Source of the DNA: an uncultured Dehalococcoidales bacterium
GTDB lineage: Bacteria; Chloroflexota; Dehalococcoidia; Dehalococcoidales; Fen-1064
Assembly (NCBI GenBank): GCA_964611805.1
Contig: CAZTBG010000002.1
Span: 3,053-63,026, forward strand
Direction: 5' to 3'
Length of the DNA stretch: 59,974 nucleotides
Shown: positions 1-9,222 of the stretch, piece after piece
How the letters are laid out: every line of letters begins with the position of its first letter
Position numbering within the stretch: position 1 is the stretch's first letter
Notes under the pieces: model-generated
Databases searched by the model: none
What the model saw: the letters and a program-made list of their open reading frames with translations, nothing else
What the model was told of the DNA's origin: nothing
Position numbers and translations under genes: made by a program

Positions 1-197
1 AACTCAGTTTGAGAGCGCGGACTGTAGTCCATCCCAGGCTCAATCTGAGAGTGCTTACTATGGTCCATGTGGGCTCAATCTGAGAGTGCGAACTGGTGGA
101 TCACCGCAGGCTTAATCTGAGAGTGTTTACTATGGTCCACGTGGGCTTAATCTGAGAGTGCTTACTTCGGTCCACGTTGGCTCAATCTGAGAGTGCT
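1..197. repeat. Tandem repeat array, 35-37 bp unit, at least 5.5 copies, truncated by window start
   Basis: Units begin at 37, 72, 109, 144, 179 with GGCT(C/T)AATCTGAGAGTG; degenerate unit at 1-36; no ORF in any frame. Confidence 0.85.
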
Positions 198-681
198 GAA
201 GAGGACAATCTCACAGCACCGGCGAGGGTGCAGCATTTCTAACTGAATTAGCGCAAGGGAGGTTAATCGAAAACGGGGTAAGTGACTACACAAAACGATG
301 AATTGTGTAATGAACCAGTTACCGTAGCACGTTCCGGACGTTCTTCATCAGAATGAACGACGGAAGTAGCGGAAGTAATGACGGAATGGGTGGATGCAAG
401 GAACAGCGGAACGAACGGATGGAACGGATGAACGAAGGAACAACACCGGAACCAAACAGAAGTCGTGATACCCTTTAGTCCCAGCACAAACCTCGCTTCA
501 GTTTAATCCAATAAGGCCAACAAAAAATCATAAGGTAAAATTCTAAGAATTAGCTCGTTTATCACCCCACAAGGCAAAATATGACGAGGGAAGATAAATA
601 AAACCGACAAAAGTGCTATCCTTGCTCTCCGAATTTTAGGGAAGTATAATCTGTCAGCAGAGGTATAGAGGCAGCTCAAGT

Positions 682-710
682 TTGACATCTGCCGGTTCAC
701 TCTATATTAT
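682..710 (+). promoter_or_regulatory. Candidate sigma70-type promoter upstream of the first gene of the long plus-strand string
   Basis: TTGACA 682-687, 17-nt spacer, TATTAT 705-710, 45 nt before ATG at 756. Confidence 0.4.
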
Positions 711-755
711 TCTATTAGATATACCTAGAGTACCTATGCACAGAATTATTTTACT

Positions 756-1922
756 ATGGATTACTTAAATACTCGTAGCACTGAATCACTAAATCTTGAA
801 GAGTTCCGTGCGGTCAATGGCACCTTCCCCAAAACCAAAGAAATTCTGGATTTAAAGCAACAGGGTAATAAAGTCTTTGGCTGGCTCTGCACTTACGTTC
901 CCGAAGAGGTTATGCATGCCGCTGGCATCCTTCCTGTGCGCATTACTGGTTATTCCCAAGAGACCGAACTAGAGGACGGCAACGCCTATCTTTACATCAA
1001 TAACTGTTCTTTCTCGCGGAGCTGTCTCCAGATGGGGCTGCGGGGAGAATATGACTATCTTGATGGAGTTGTTGCCGGTTCAACCTGCGACGGAGCACGC
1101 CGCTTGTTTGATTTGTGGCAGCACTATATCAAAGTGCCCTTTCAACATATTCTTACAGTACCCCGAAAATACACTGAGCGAGCACATTGCCTTTATTACG
1201 AACAGGCAGTGAAGTTTAAAGAGCACCTGGAGCGGCACCTTGATTTTGAGATAACCGATGAAGCACTGCTGAAGTCAATCTCCTTGTTCAATGAATCGCG
1301 GGAACTGCTAAAAGAGCTCTACCAGCTAAGAAAGCTCGACAGGCCGCCCATTACCGGCAGCGAGACGATGGAAGTACTTAACGCTAGTTTTCGTATGCCG
1401 AAGGAACTGTTTAATCATTACCTGCGTCAGTTACTTGATGAACTGGCAGTATCAAAAATCGAGCACCAAAATCAGGCGCGGTTGATGGTCACCGGCAGTG
1501 TCATGAACAACCCGGAATTTATCCATTCCATTGAAGAACTGGGTGGTCTGGTGGTCACCGACGAGCTGTGTACCAGTACCCGCTACTGGTCCGACCCGGT
1601 AGTCCTGAATGGCCGTTCTCCCCTGGAAGCAATCTCGCGGCGTTATCTCAGCAACTTTCCCTGCGCGCGGATGGTGCCTTCGGAAGAGCGGTTTGACCGC
1701 ATCCTACAGCTGGTCCGTGATTATAAGGTTGATGGAGTTATCAGCCAGATTATCCGTTACTGTGTGCCCTATGCACATGATTTGCCACTTCTTACCGAAA
1801 GGCTGAAGGCAGCCGGTATACCAACCCTGGCGCTGGACGTTGAGTATGGCACCCCCGGCTCGGGGCAAATCCGTACCAGGGTGCAGGCTTTCATGGAAAT
1901 GCTGGAAACGAGGAAGAGATGA
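756..1922 (+). CDS. 2-hydroxyacyl-CoA dehydratase / benzoyl-CoA reductase family subunit (BcrC/BadD/HgdB-like)
   Basis: 388-aa ORF; family-typical FGWLCTYVPEEVMHAAGILPVRITG segment; overlaps next gene by 4 nt. Confidence 0.8.
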   Translation: MDYLNTRSTESLNLEEFRAVNGTFPKTKEILDLKQQGNKVFGWLCTYVPEEVMHAAGILPVRITGYSQETELEDGNAYLYINNCSFSRSCLQMGLRGEYDYLDGVVAGSTCDGARRLFDLWQHYIKVPFQHILTVPRKYTERAHCLYYEQAVKFKEHLERHLDFEITDEALLKSISLFNESRELLKELYQLRKLDRPPITGSETMEVLNASFRMPKELFNHYLRQLLDELAVSKIEHQNQARLMVTGSVMNNPEFIHSIEELGGLVVTDELCTSTRYWSDPVVLNGRSPLEAISRRYLSNFPCARMVPSEERFDRILQLVRDYKVDGVISQIIRYCVPYAHDLPLLTERLKAAGIPTLALDVEYGTPGSGQIRTRVQAFMEMLETRKR

Positions 1923-3187
1923 CAACTGCCGAGAGCAGGAGCGAGATAGATATACTCATTCGAACCTATCGACTGCTGGCCAGGATGAATCGAGCCCAGA
2001 ACAAAGGGGGTTCGAGCCATACCCTTTACTTCCAGCTGCTTGCTGACTATTATACCCGTGTCCGCAATGCCCATGAAGAAGGAAAACTACTGGCTGCCCA
2101 TACCGTTTTTTTCCCTACCGAAGTCCTCTATGCCATGGATATTGTACCCATGCACACTGAAATGACAACATGGCTCTCTGCCCTGTTCCTGCGGGAACAG
2201 GCAGGACTGCTAGCAAAAGGTGCCGAACTGGGCCTAGCCCCGGAAATCTGCTCCCCGCATCGAGGTGTCGCCGGTATCTTTGCCCTGAACGCCATCCCGC
2301 GACCAGACATCATCCTCTGGTCCAACCTCATTTGTGACAACACCGCCAAATCCGGTGAACTGATGATGGAACTGAGTGATAGTCCCGGCTTTTTCCTGGA
2401 CAATCCCTTCCAGAATTCCTCCGGCGAAATGGATTACCTGGTCGGTGAGCTGGAAGACATGGTGCACTTCCTTGAAGAAAGGTCCGGCAGGAAGATGGAC
2501 TGGGACAGGTTATCGGAAATGGTAGCTCGTACGAACGACGAGATTGACCTCTACCGGGAGATAGGTGAGCTGCGTAAGGCAGTACCCTCACCGATGTCAG
2601 TCATGGATGACCTAGAATTGCTTTCTGCAGACTACATGTTTCCCGGCCAGCCGGAAGCAATCCAGTACCTGACACATCTGCGGGACGAGTTAAAGGGGAT
2701 GGTGCAGGAAGGTAAGGGAGCCGTCACCAACGAGCGTTTCCGACTGATGACACTGTTCATCCCGCCCATGTACCTGATGAGTTACTTGGAACAGTTGTTC
2801 GAAGAGTACGGTGCGGTAAGCGTGGTGGAACCACTCTTCACCCTCTGGTCGGAAGGCTGGCTGGACCCCGCCCATCCACTGGAGAGCGTGGCCAAGAAGT
2901 CGTTTCTGATTCCCGAGAGAAGAAGCATGTACGGACCACTCGGTGAACAGGCCCTGCAGGATATTATTGATTGTGCCGAGCAATACAAGGTTGACGGAGC
3001 GATTTACTGGGCATTCATGGGCTGTCGTCATACCTGCGCTACTATCAAGGTCATCAAGGAAACACTGAGTGAAGTAGATGTCCCGATGCTTACCATCGAC
3101 TGCGATATTGTCGACCCGACCATTAACTCTGAGGAAGAAGTCCGAGAAAAGTTGGAGCAGTTTTTTGAGATGCTGGAGGACCGCTAG
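1919..3187 (+). CDS. 2-hydroxyacyl-CoA dehydratase / benzoyl-CoA reductase family, second subunit (BcrB/HgdA-like)
   Basis: 422-aa ORF; paralogous segment AAHTVFFPTEVLYAMDIVPMHTE; translationally coupled to previous gene. Confidence 0.75.
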   Translation: MTTAESRSEIDILIRTYRLLARMNRAQNKGGSSHTLYFQLLADYYTRVRNAHEEGKLLAAHTVFFPTEVLYAMDIVPMHTEMTTWLSALFLREQAGLLAKGAELGLAPEICSPHRGVAGIFALNAIPRPDIILWSNLICDNTAKSGELMMELSDSPGFFLDNPFQNSSGEMDYLVGELEDMVHFLEERSGRKMDWDRLSEMVARTNDEIDLYREIGELRKAVPSPMSVMDDLELLSADYMFPGQPEAIQYLTHLRDELKGMVQEGKGAVTNERFRLMTLFIPPMYLMSYLEQLFEEYGAVSVVEPLFTLWSEGWLDPAHPLESVAKKSFLIPERRSMYGPLGEQALQDIIDCAEQYKVDGAIYWAFMGCRHTCATIKVIKETLSEVDVPMLTIDCDIVDPTINSEEEVREKLEQFFEMLEDR

Positions 3188-3190
3188 TCT

Positions 3191-3982
3191 ATGCAGACGC
3201 TGGGCATTGACATTGGTAGTTTGAATATCAAGGCTGTAGTCCTCGACGAGGAAGGCCCCATCGGCACCAGTATCATGCCTCTGGGTGACGAGGTCGGAGA
3301 CAGTGTGCACGCCGCACTGGAAAAGGCAACGACGGAGGCCGGTCTGAGCCTGGATAGCTTGCCTGTTGTGGCTACCGGCGTCGGGGCAAAGACGATTTCT
3401 TTTGTTCCGCAACAGAAATCGATTACCACCTGCCTGGCCCGGGGTATCCAGTACCTCTTTCCATCGGCGCGCATGGCGATTGACATGGGAGCTGAAAGCA
3501 CCACCGTCATCAAGCTTAATGAGCGGGGCAGACTTACCGACTGGGCCAACCACGACAAATGCGCCTCGGGGACGGGGCTGTTTTTACAGCAGATGGCCAA
3601 GCTTATGGGCCTACCTCTGGACGAGATGGCACGTCTCTCACTGCAGGCTCGCGCACGTGCCGATATCACCAACACCTGCGCCGTTTTTGCTGAGTCAGAG
3701 GTGATTTCCCACGTGCACCGTGACCCTCCTACCCCAAAAGAAGATATCATCGCCGGCATTTACTATTCAGTGGTGAGCCGCATCATGTCCATGTGCAAAC
3801 GCGTCGGCATTACCCGGGAGGTTGCGGTCACTGGTGGTGCTGCCTTAAATGACGGCTTGGTAAATATCCTCGAACAAGAACTTGGCTTTGAGGTGCTGAA
3901 GCCTGCATCACCCCAGATTGTTGCGGCACTGGGCGCGGCGATTGTTGCCCGCGAAAACTCGGAGAAGGGGACCAAAAAATGA
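3191..3982 (+). CDS. BcrA/BcrD/HgdC-family ATPase (activase / ATP-binding electron-transfer subunit)
   Basis: N-terminal LGIDIGSLNIKAVV (ASKHA fold); cluster-bridging Cys motifs HDKCASGTGLFL and NTCAVFAESE. Confidence 0.85.
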   Translation: MQTLGIDIGSLNIKAVVLDEEGPIGTSIMPLGDEVGDSVHAALEKATTEAGLSLDSLPVVATGVGAKTISFVPQQKSITTCLARGIQYLFPSARMAIDMGAESTTVIKLNERGRLTDWANHDKCASGTGLFLQQMAKLMGLPLDEMARLSLQARARADITNTCAVFAESEVISHVHRDPPTPKEDIIAGIYYSVVSRIMSMCKRVGITREVAVTGGAALNDGLVNILEQELGFEVLKPASPQIVAALGAAIVARENSEKGTKK

Positions 3983-5046
3983 TTACTGCCGGCATAGATA
4001 TCGGCTCCCGTGCTGCCAAAGCGATTATTCTTAAAGACGGTGCTATTATTGCCTCCACCATTTGTGATACAGGACCAGAGAGCGTAAAGACCGCCTACGC
4101 GACAATAGACTCAGCTATGGAAGGCACTGGGCTTGCTCTTGATGATATTGACTACATTGTCGCCACTGGGTACGGGCGTGTCCTTGTCCCCTTTGCCAGA
4201 GAGAATGTCTCCGAGATTAGCTGTCATGCCCTCGGCATTAACTGGTATTACCCGTCGGTGAGGACCGTTCTGGATATGGGGGGACAGGACTGCAAGGCAA
4301 TCAGCGTCGATGCCGAAGGTCGTGTTACGAACTTCGTGATGAACGACAAATGCGCCGGCGGTACCGGCCGTTTCCTGGAAATGATAGCCGATGTACTGGG
4401 AACAACGCTCGGGGAAATCGGTGACCTGGCATTACAATCAAGACAGGAAATCCCCTTCAACACTATCTGTGCTGTCTTTGCCAAAACAGAGGCTATTGCC
4501 TACCTCCGGCAGGGCATCAGCCGCAGCGACATCCTGGCCGGGCTGAATGAAGCCATTGCTATCCGCTGCCTCAATCTGCTCAAGAAGGTGTCCATTGAGA
4601 AGGATTTCACTATTACGGGTGGCATCGCTAAAAATAAGGGCATGGTATCGAAAATTAGCGAGAAGGTCGGCCTGGAGCCACTGCTGGCCGAAGATCCGCA
4701 GCTCATCGGAGCACTCGGTGCCGCTCTCTTCGCCCAGCGAAAGTATGCAGGCAAAGAGTCTGTAAAAGAGGCCAGGATACAGTACGGCTATAACGACGGT
4801 ACCGGCGACTATTTCATTACCATTGACTTGGAGAAGTGCGATGGGTGTGGCGAATGTGTGTCTGCCTGCCCGGCATCTATCTTTGAGGTAGTCCACGAGG
4901 ACTCTCGTCAGTCCAAAGCCAGGGTAGCGGAAGAAGCCCGAAAACGCCTGTCAATACTATGCCCCGGTTATGACTTGTGCCACCGTACTCATGATAATAA
5001 CTGTCAGGTTGCTTGCCAGAAGGGTGCTATCAGCCTCAGCTGGTAA
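3979..5046 (+). CDS. Second BcrAD/HgdC-family ATPase fused to a C-terminal 4Fe-4S ferredoxin-type domain
   Basis: AGIDIGSRAAKAII, NDKCAGGTGRFLE, TICAVFAKTE; C-terminal CDGCGECVSACP plus a non-canonical second Cys group (CPGYDLC..C..C). Confidence 0.8.
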   Translation: MITAGIDIGSRAAKAIILKDGAIIASTICDTGPESVKTAYATIDSAMEGTGLALDDIDYIVATGYGRVLVPFARENVSEISCHALGINWYYPSVRTVLDMGGQDCKAISVDAEGRVTNFVMNDKCAGGTGRFLEMIADVLGTTLGEIGDLALQSRQEIPFNTICAVFAKTEAIAYLRQGISRSDILAGLNEAIAIRCLNLLKKVSIEKDFTITGGIAKNKGMVSKISEKVGLEPLLAEDPQLIGALGAALFAQRKYAGKESVKEARIQYGYNDGTGDYFITIDLEKCDGCGECVSACPASIFEVVHEDSRQSKARVAEEARKRLSILCPGYDLCHRTHDNNCQVACQKGAISLSW

Positions 5047-5069
5047 GTAAATCAGGGATTCGGAGATAT

Positions 5070-5477
5070 ATGACACAGGCGAGAATAGAGTACGAAAAGC
5101 TCACCGCCGGATATGAGTTCACGCCAGCCGAATTCCAGTTGGATGAAGAAAAGGTGGCGGCGTACCTCCAGGCGGTCGATGATAATACCCGTATTTATGA
5201 GGAAAACAAGGTTGTCCCGCCGATGGCGGTTGCCGCACTGGCTATGGCGGCGCTATCTACCGGCCTTGTATTACCGGACGGTACGATTCATGTCTCGCAA
5301 GACCTGGAATTCAATGAAATGGCCGTCACCGGAGAAAGGCTTACCAGCCATGCCAGGGTCAACCGTAAAGTGGAGCGGGGCAAGTTCCACATGCTGACTA
5401 TTGAAATCAACGTAACCAATCAGAAGAATAAGAAGGTAATAACTGGAGAGACGAGCTTCATATTACCACTATCATGA
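5070..5477 (+). CDS. MaoC-like hot-dog fold protein without hydratase motif (HadA-like partner subunit)
   Basis: ATG 5070 preceded by GGAG; the ORF-track start at 5013 would overlap the upstream gene; no GDxNPxH motif. Confidence 0.6.
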   Translation: MTQARIEYEKLTAGYEFTPAEFQLDEEKVAAYLQAVDDNTRIYEENKVVPPMAVAALAMAALSTGLVLPDGTIHVSQDLEFNEMAVTGERLTSHARVNRKVERGKFHMLTIEINVTNQKNKKVITGETSFILPLS

Positions 5478-5490
5478 TGGGGATATTGTA

Positions 5491-5928
5491 GTGGCAATAA
5501 ACCTTAATAAGCTCAGTGCTGACACGAGCCTGCCGGAGTTAAAGCGGCAGGTTACCCAGGAACACATCAACCTTTACGCCACCGCCAGCGGGGACTTCAA
5601 CCCCGTGCATATTGACCCGGAATTCGCCAAGCAAACCCCTCTGGGAGGCACGATTGCTCACGGAATGCTTGTCCTGGCTTACGTTTCCGAATTCATGACA
5701 ACCAGCTTCGGACAGGCTTGGCTGACCGGAGGTAGTCTCAGCGCTAGATTTAAAGCCCCGGCTCGCCCGGACGACACGATAACAGTTAACGGAAAGGTAA
5801 CAAATCTGCAAAAAAAAGGCGGAGTTGTCTCAGTCAGTTGCGACATCCTCTGCGTGAACCAGCAGGGTGAGCCGGTAATAGTCTGCGAGACGAAAGTGAG
5901 GGTGAAAACTAATGAAGATATCAGTTGA
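5491..5928 (+). CDS. MaoC-like (R)-specific hydroxyacyl dehydratase/hydratase (HadB-like catalytic subunit)
   Basis: Hydratase-2-type motif YATASGDFNPVHIDPEFA. Confidence 0.75.
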   Translation: MAINLNKLSADTSLPELKRQVTQEHINLYATASGDFNPVHIDPEFAKQTPLGGTIAHGMLVLAYVSEFMTTSFGQAWLTGGSLSARFKAPARPDDTITVNGKVTNLQKKGGVVSVSCDILCVNQQGEPVIVCETKVRVKTNEDIS

Positions 5929-6925
5929 TGCCATGGGCGGCGATTTCGCCCCCGAAGAAATCATCAAGGGGTCGGTTGCAGGAGCCCGGGAGCACGGTGT
6001 TGGTATTATCCTGGTCGGGCCGCAGGAGCTCATCCAGACCGAGTTGAAAAAATACGACACTTCCGGACTCGACGTCGAGATAGAGCATACCGACGAGTAT
6101 CTGCTCGAAGGGGAGCATCCCGCCTACGCCATGCGTAGAAAGAGAAATGCCTCAATAATGGTCGCCGCCAGGCTGGTTGGAGAGGGGAAAGCGGCTGCAG
6201 CAGTTGGCGCCGGACCGACAGGGGGTGTTTTTGCCGCTGCTGTTCAGGCGCTGGGCATTATGGAAGGTCTGGCCCGTCCCGTTATCGGGGGGCAGTTCCT
6301 AGGATTTACTCCCGAGACAATTATGATTGACCTGGGCGGCAATGTCGACTCTCGCCCGGACCAGCTCCTAGATTTCGGCATCATCGGTATGGTCTACGCC
6401 CGTAAATGGATGAATATCCCCGACCCCACGATTGCTCTGGCCAGCAACGGAGTTGAGGAAGGAAAAGGAAATGAGGTGGTTCGTGAAACCTACGAACTTT
6501 TCAAAAACTCCGGCCTTAACTTCATAGGAAATGTGGAGGGTAATGACATTGCCAATGGTAAGGCTAATGTTATTGTCTGCGACGGTTTTGTGGGTAACCT
6601 GGTCGCCAAGTTCTGCGAAGGGCTGGGTGAAGTTACCTCGCGGTGGCTCAGCGATAGGTTACAGGACAAGCTGCCGGGGAGTGAAATAGGAGAGCTAATC
6701 GCCGACCTGAAAAGGGCGATGATTCCCGCTGATGCCGTGGGTGGCGGCCCGCTGTGGGGGATAAATGGCGTTGTATGCAAGGCGCACGGCCGCAGTAAAG
6801 CCCCCGAGGTCGCCAGCACAATAGGTACGGCCAAGAGGGCAATCGAAATAGACCTGGTGGGTACCTTCAAAACGGAGTTAGCTGCTGTGAAAAGCACTAT
6901 GAATATACCGGACCCGAACGCTTAG
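5912..6925 (+). CDS. plsX: Phosphate acyltransferase PlsX
   Basis: MKISVDAMGGDFAPEEIIKG N-terminus typical of PlsX; position upstream of acpP. Confidence 0.9.
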   Translation: MKISVDAMGGDFAPEEIIKGSVAGAREHGVGIILVGPQELIQTELKKYDTSGLDVEIEHTDEYLLEGEHPAYAMRRKRNASIMVAARLVGEGKAAAAVGAGPTGGVFAAAVQALGIMEGLARPVIGGQFLGFTPETIMIDLGGNVDSRPDQLLDFGIIGMVYARKWMNIPDPTIALASNGVEEGKGNEVVRETYELFKNSGLNFIGNVEGNDIANGKANVIVCDGFVGNLVAKFCEGLGEVTSRWLSDRLQDKLPGSEIGELIADLKRAMIPADAVGGGPLWGINGVVCKAHGRSKAPEVASTIGTAKRAIEIDLVGTFKTELAAVKSTMNIPDPNA

Positions 6926-6940
6926 TTGGAGGAGTGTAAG

Positions 6941-7195
6941 ATGACTGTTAGTCCTTCAGTTGAAGAAACCGTTAAAAAGATAGTGACCAGAATCGTGCGT
7001 AAGCAGGAAGGGGAATTCAAACCAAACGCAACGTTTAAGGACTTAAAGGCAGATTCCCTGGACGTTGTGCAAATACTGGTGGCTGTGGAAGACACCTACG
7101 ATATTGAAATCCCCGATGATGAGCTGCAGAATGTCTCGGATATGGAGAGCTTCGTCGCCTGTATCGAGCGGATAATCGCCAATAAAAACACTTAA
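6941..7195 (+). CDS. acpP: Acyl carrier protein
   Basis: DSLD phosphopantetheine-attachment motif (LKADSLDVVQILV); ATG 6941 preceded by GGAGGAG. Confidence 0.85.
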   Translation: MTVSPSVEETVKKIVTRIVRKQEGEFKPNATFKDLKADSLDVVQILVAVEDTYDIEIPDDELQNVSDMESFVACIERIIANKNT

Positions 7196-7208
7196 CTGGG
7201 AATGGTAA

Positions 7209-8006
7209 ATGTCGCTAGAGGGAAAGGTTGCCCTGATAACGGGTGGTTCCAGAGGTATCGGCCGGGCGATAACGCTCAGACTGGCTTCGGAAGGGGCCGA
7301 TGTCGTTATTAACTTCTTCCGCAAGCGAGACACCGCCAAAGATACTGCCGAGGCTGCACATAGTAGTGGTGTAACCGCTCACATCATTAAGGCCAACCTG
7401 GCCGAGCCGGAAAAGATTGACCGCATGTTCACCGAAATCGAAGAGAGGTTCGGACGACTGGATATCCTGGTCAATAACGCTGCTTCCGGTGTGGCCCGCT
7501 CCGCCATGGAACTGAACTCCGATGCCTGGGATTGGACGATGAACGTTAATGCCCGCGCTGCCCTGCTCTGCTCCCAGCGGGCAGCTGCACTAATGAAAGA
7601 CGGCGGCGTCATCGTTAATATCTCAAGCCTCGGTTCCCGGCTGGTTATGCCAATTTATACTGCAGTGGGCGTTTCCAAGGCTGCCCTGGAAGCCCTCACC
7701 CGCTATCTTGCTATCGAACTGGCGCCGCAAGGGATAAGAGTCAACGCGGTTTCAGCAGCTGCAGTAGAGACGGAAGCCATGAGGCTGTATACATCTGACC
7801 CCAATATACCCCGGTCGATGGTCACCAGCACCCCGGCAGGCCGGATGGTACAGCCGGAAGATATAGCTGGCGCCGTAGTCTTTCTATGCAGTGATGAGGC
7901 CGCCCTGATAAGGGGTCAGGTAATTATCATTGATGGCGGTCTGTCCCTGACCCCGCTTAGTTATACTTCGCCTGGAGACAGAGGAGTTCAAAATGCCTCA
8001 GCGTAG
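7209..8006 (+). CDS. fabL: Enoyl-ACP reductase, FabL type (SDR)
   Basis: GGSRGIGRA Rossmann motif; WDWTMNVNA and YTAVGVSKAALEALTRYLA segments recalled as near-identical to Bacillus subtilis FabL. Confidence 0.75.
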   Translation: MSLEGKVALITGGSRGIGRAITLRLASEGADVVINFFRKRDTAKDTAEAAHSSGVTAHIIKANLAEPEKIDRMFTEIEERFGRLDILVNNAASGVARSAMELNSDAWDWTMNVNARAALLCSQRAAALMKDGGVIVNISSLGSRLVMPIYTAVGVSKAALEALTRYLAIELAPQGIRVNAVSAAAVETEAMRLYTSDPNIPRSMVTSTPAGRMVQPEDIAGAVVFLCSDEAALIRGQVIIIDGGLSLTPLSYTSPGDRGVQNASA

Positions 8007-9222
8007 GGTAGTGGTTACGGGAATCGGTGCTATCACCCCTCTGGGATTAACCCTGGACGAATACTGGAATGGGCTGGTCAGCGGTCGGTCAGCTATCGGC
8101 CCCATAACTAAGTTTGATGTCAGCAAATATCCGGTCAAGGTAGCGGCTGAAGTAAAGGGATTTGAGCCTACGAATTATATGGACATCAAGCGCGTTGACC
8201 GCACTGCTCTTTGTACCCAATATGCTATCGCCGCCACCGGGATGGCACTCGTCGCAGCCCAACTGGACATGGCCAGGGAAAAACCGGAAAGAGTAGGCAT
8301 GGTAATTGCCACAAGTGGTGCCATGGATCTGTTAATTGACCAGGGTGAGGTTCTGAGAAACCGGGGCCCGATGCGAATCAACCCGTTATTACTCAGTAAG
8401 GTGGCCCCGAGCATGGTATCGGCCATAACCGCGCTTGAGTTCGGTCTGAAGGGACCGAATTCCAGTCTGAACAGTGCCTGTGCCAGCGGCAATGATGCCC
8501 TGGGTACCGCCTTGAACCTGCTGCGCCTGGGGCATGCCGACGTCATGGTGGCGGGCGGCACCGAAAGTCAGGTGAACCCGATAGCTATCGCCATTACTGG
8601 GCGCGTCGGTGCCCTCAGCCGCGAACCTGACCCGGAGAAGGCCTGCCGCCCCTTTGACCTTAACCGCGACGGCATGGTCTATGGAGAGGGGGCCGCCATG
8701 CTGGTGTTGGAGACTCTGGAGCATGCTCAGCAGCGGGGGGCACCGGTGGTTGCTGAACTGGCCGGCGCCGGCTGGTCATTCGATGCCTTCAACGAGACCG
8801 CACCTGACCCCAACCAAGAGGTTATTGCCATGAAAATGGCACTTACCGATGCTGGTATTTCTGCGCAGGATATTGACTACGTCAACGCCCACGGCACAAG
8901 TACTAAGTTTAATGATGCCGCCGAAACCATGGCTCTAAAGTTGCTCCTCGGTGAGCAAGCCTATAAAGTGCCGGTCAGCTCGAACAAGTCGATGATAGGA
9001 CACCTAGCGTGTGCTGCCGGTGCCATTGAGGCTGCCGCAGCTGTGATGACTGTGAGAGAGGGCATAATCCCGCCAACAATCCATTACGAGACGCCTGACC
9101 CTGAATGCGACCTTGATTACGTACCGAATGTCTCCCGCCGGCAGATAGTGGATGTCTGCCTGTCAAATTCCTTTGGAATGGGCGGGCAGAACTGCTGTGT
9201 CGTTATAAAAAAGTTCTCCTGA
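7993..9222 (+). CDS. fabF: 3-oxoacyl-ACP synthase II
   Basis: Active-site NSACASGNDALG, HGTST, GHLACAAG motifs. Confidence 0.9.
   Translation: MPQRRVVVTGIGAITPLGLTLDEYWNGLVSGRSAIGPITKFDVSKYPVKVAAEVKGFEPTNYMDIKRVDRTALCTQYAIAATGMALVAAQLDMAREKPERVGMVIATSGAMDLLIDQGEVLRNRGPMRINPLLLSKVAPSMVSAITALEFGLKGPNSSLNSACASGNDALGTALNLLRLGHADVMVAGGTESQVNPIAIAITGRVGALSREPDPEKACRPFDLNRDGMVYGEGAAMLVLETLEHAQQRGAPVVAELAGAGWSFDAFNETAPDPNQEVIAMKMALTDAGISAQDIDYVNAHGTSTKFNDAAETMALKLLLGEQAYKVPVSSNKSMIGHLACAAGAIEAAAAVMTVREGIIPPTIHYETPDPECDLDYVPNVSRRQIVDVCLSNSFGMGGQNCCVVIKKFS

Noticed and set aside
1-197. Possible CRISPR array
   Set aside because: The period is only 35-37 bp. The spacer halves are themselves conserved between units (TTACTATGGTCCA(T/C)GTG recurs). 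No cas genes are nearby. It is a plain tandem repeat.
263-487. 74-aa minus-strand ORF and a 41-codon plus-strand ORF (353..478) in a purine-rich tract
   Set aside because: The sequence is low-complexity (GGAA/ACGGA-rich), there is no ribosome-binding site, and the composition-driven open frames occur on both strands.
2690-3553. Long antisense or alternative-frame ORFs inside strong CDSs (for example 2690..3553 -, 3184..3759 -, 4438..4896 -, 6490..6897 -, 47520..47924 +, 52759..53391 +, 50484..50918 +)
   Set aside because: Each overlaps a gene with clear family motifs on the other strand or frame. Their translations are Arg/Ser/Pro-rich shadow products without motifs.
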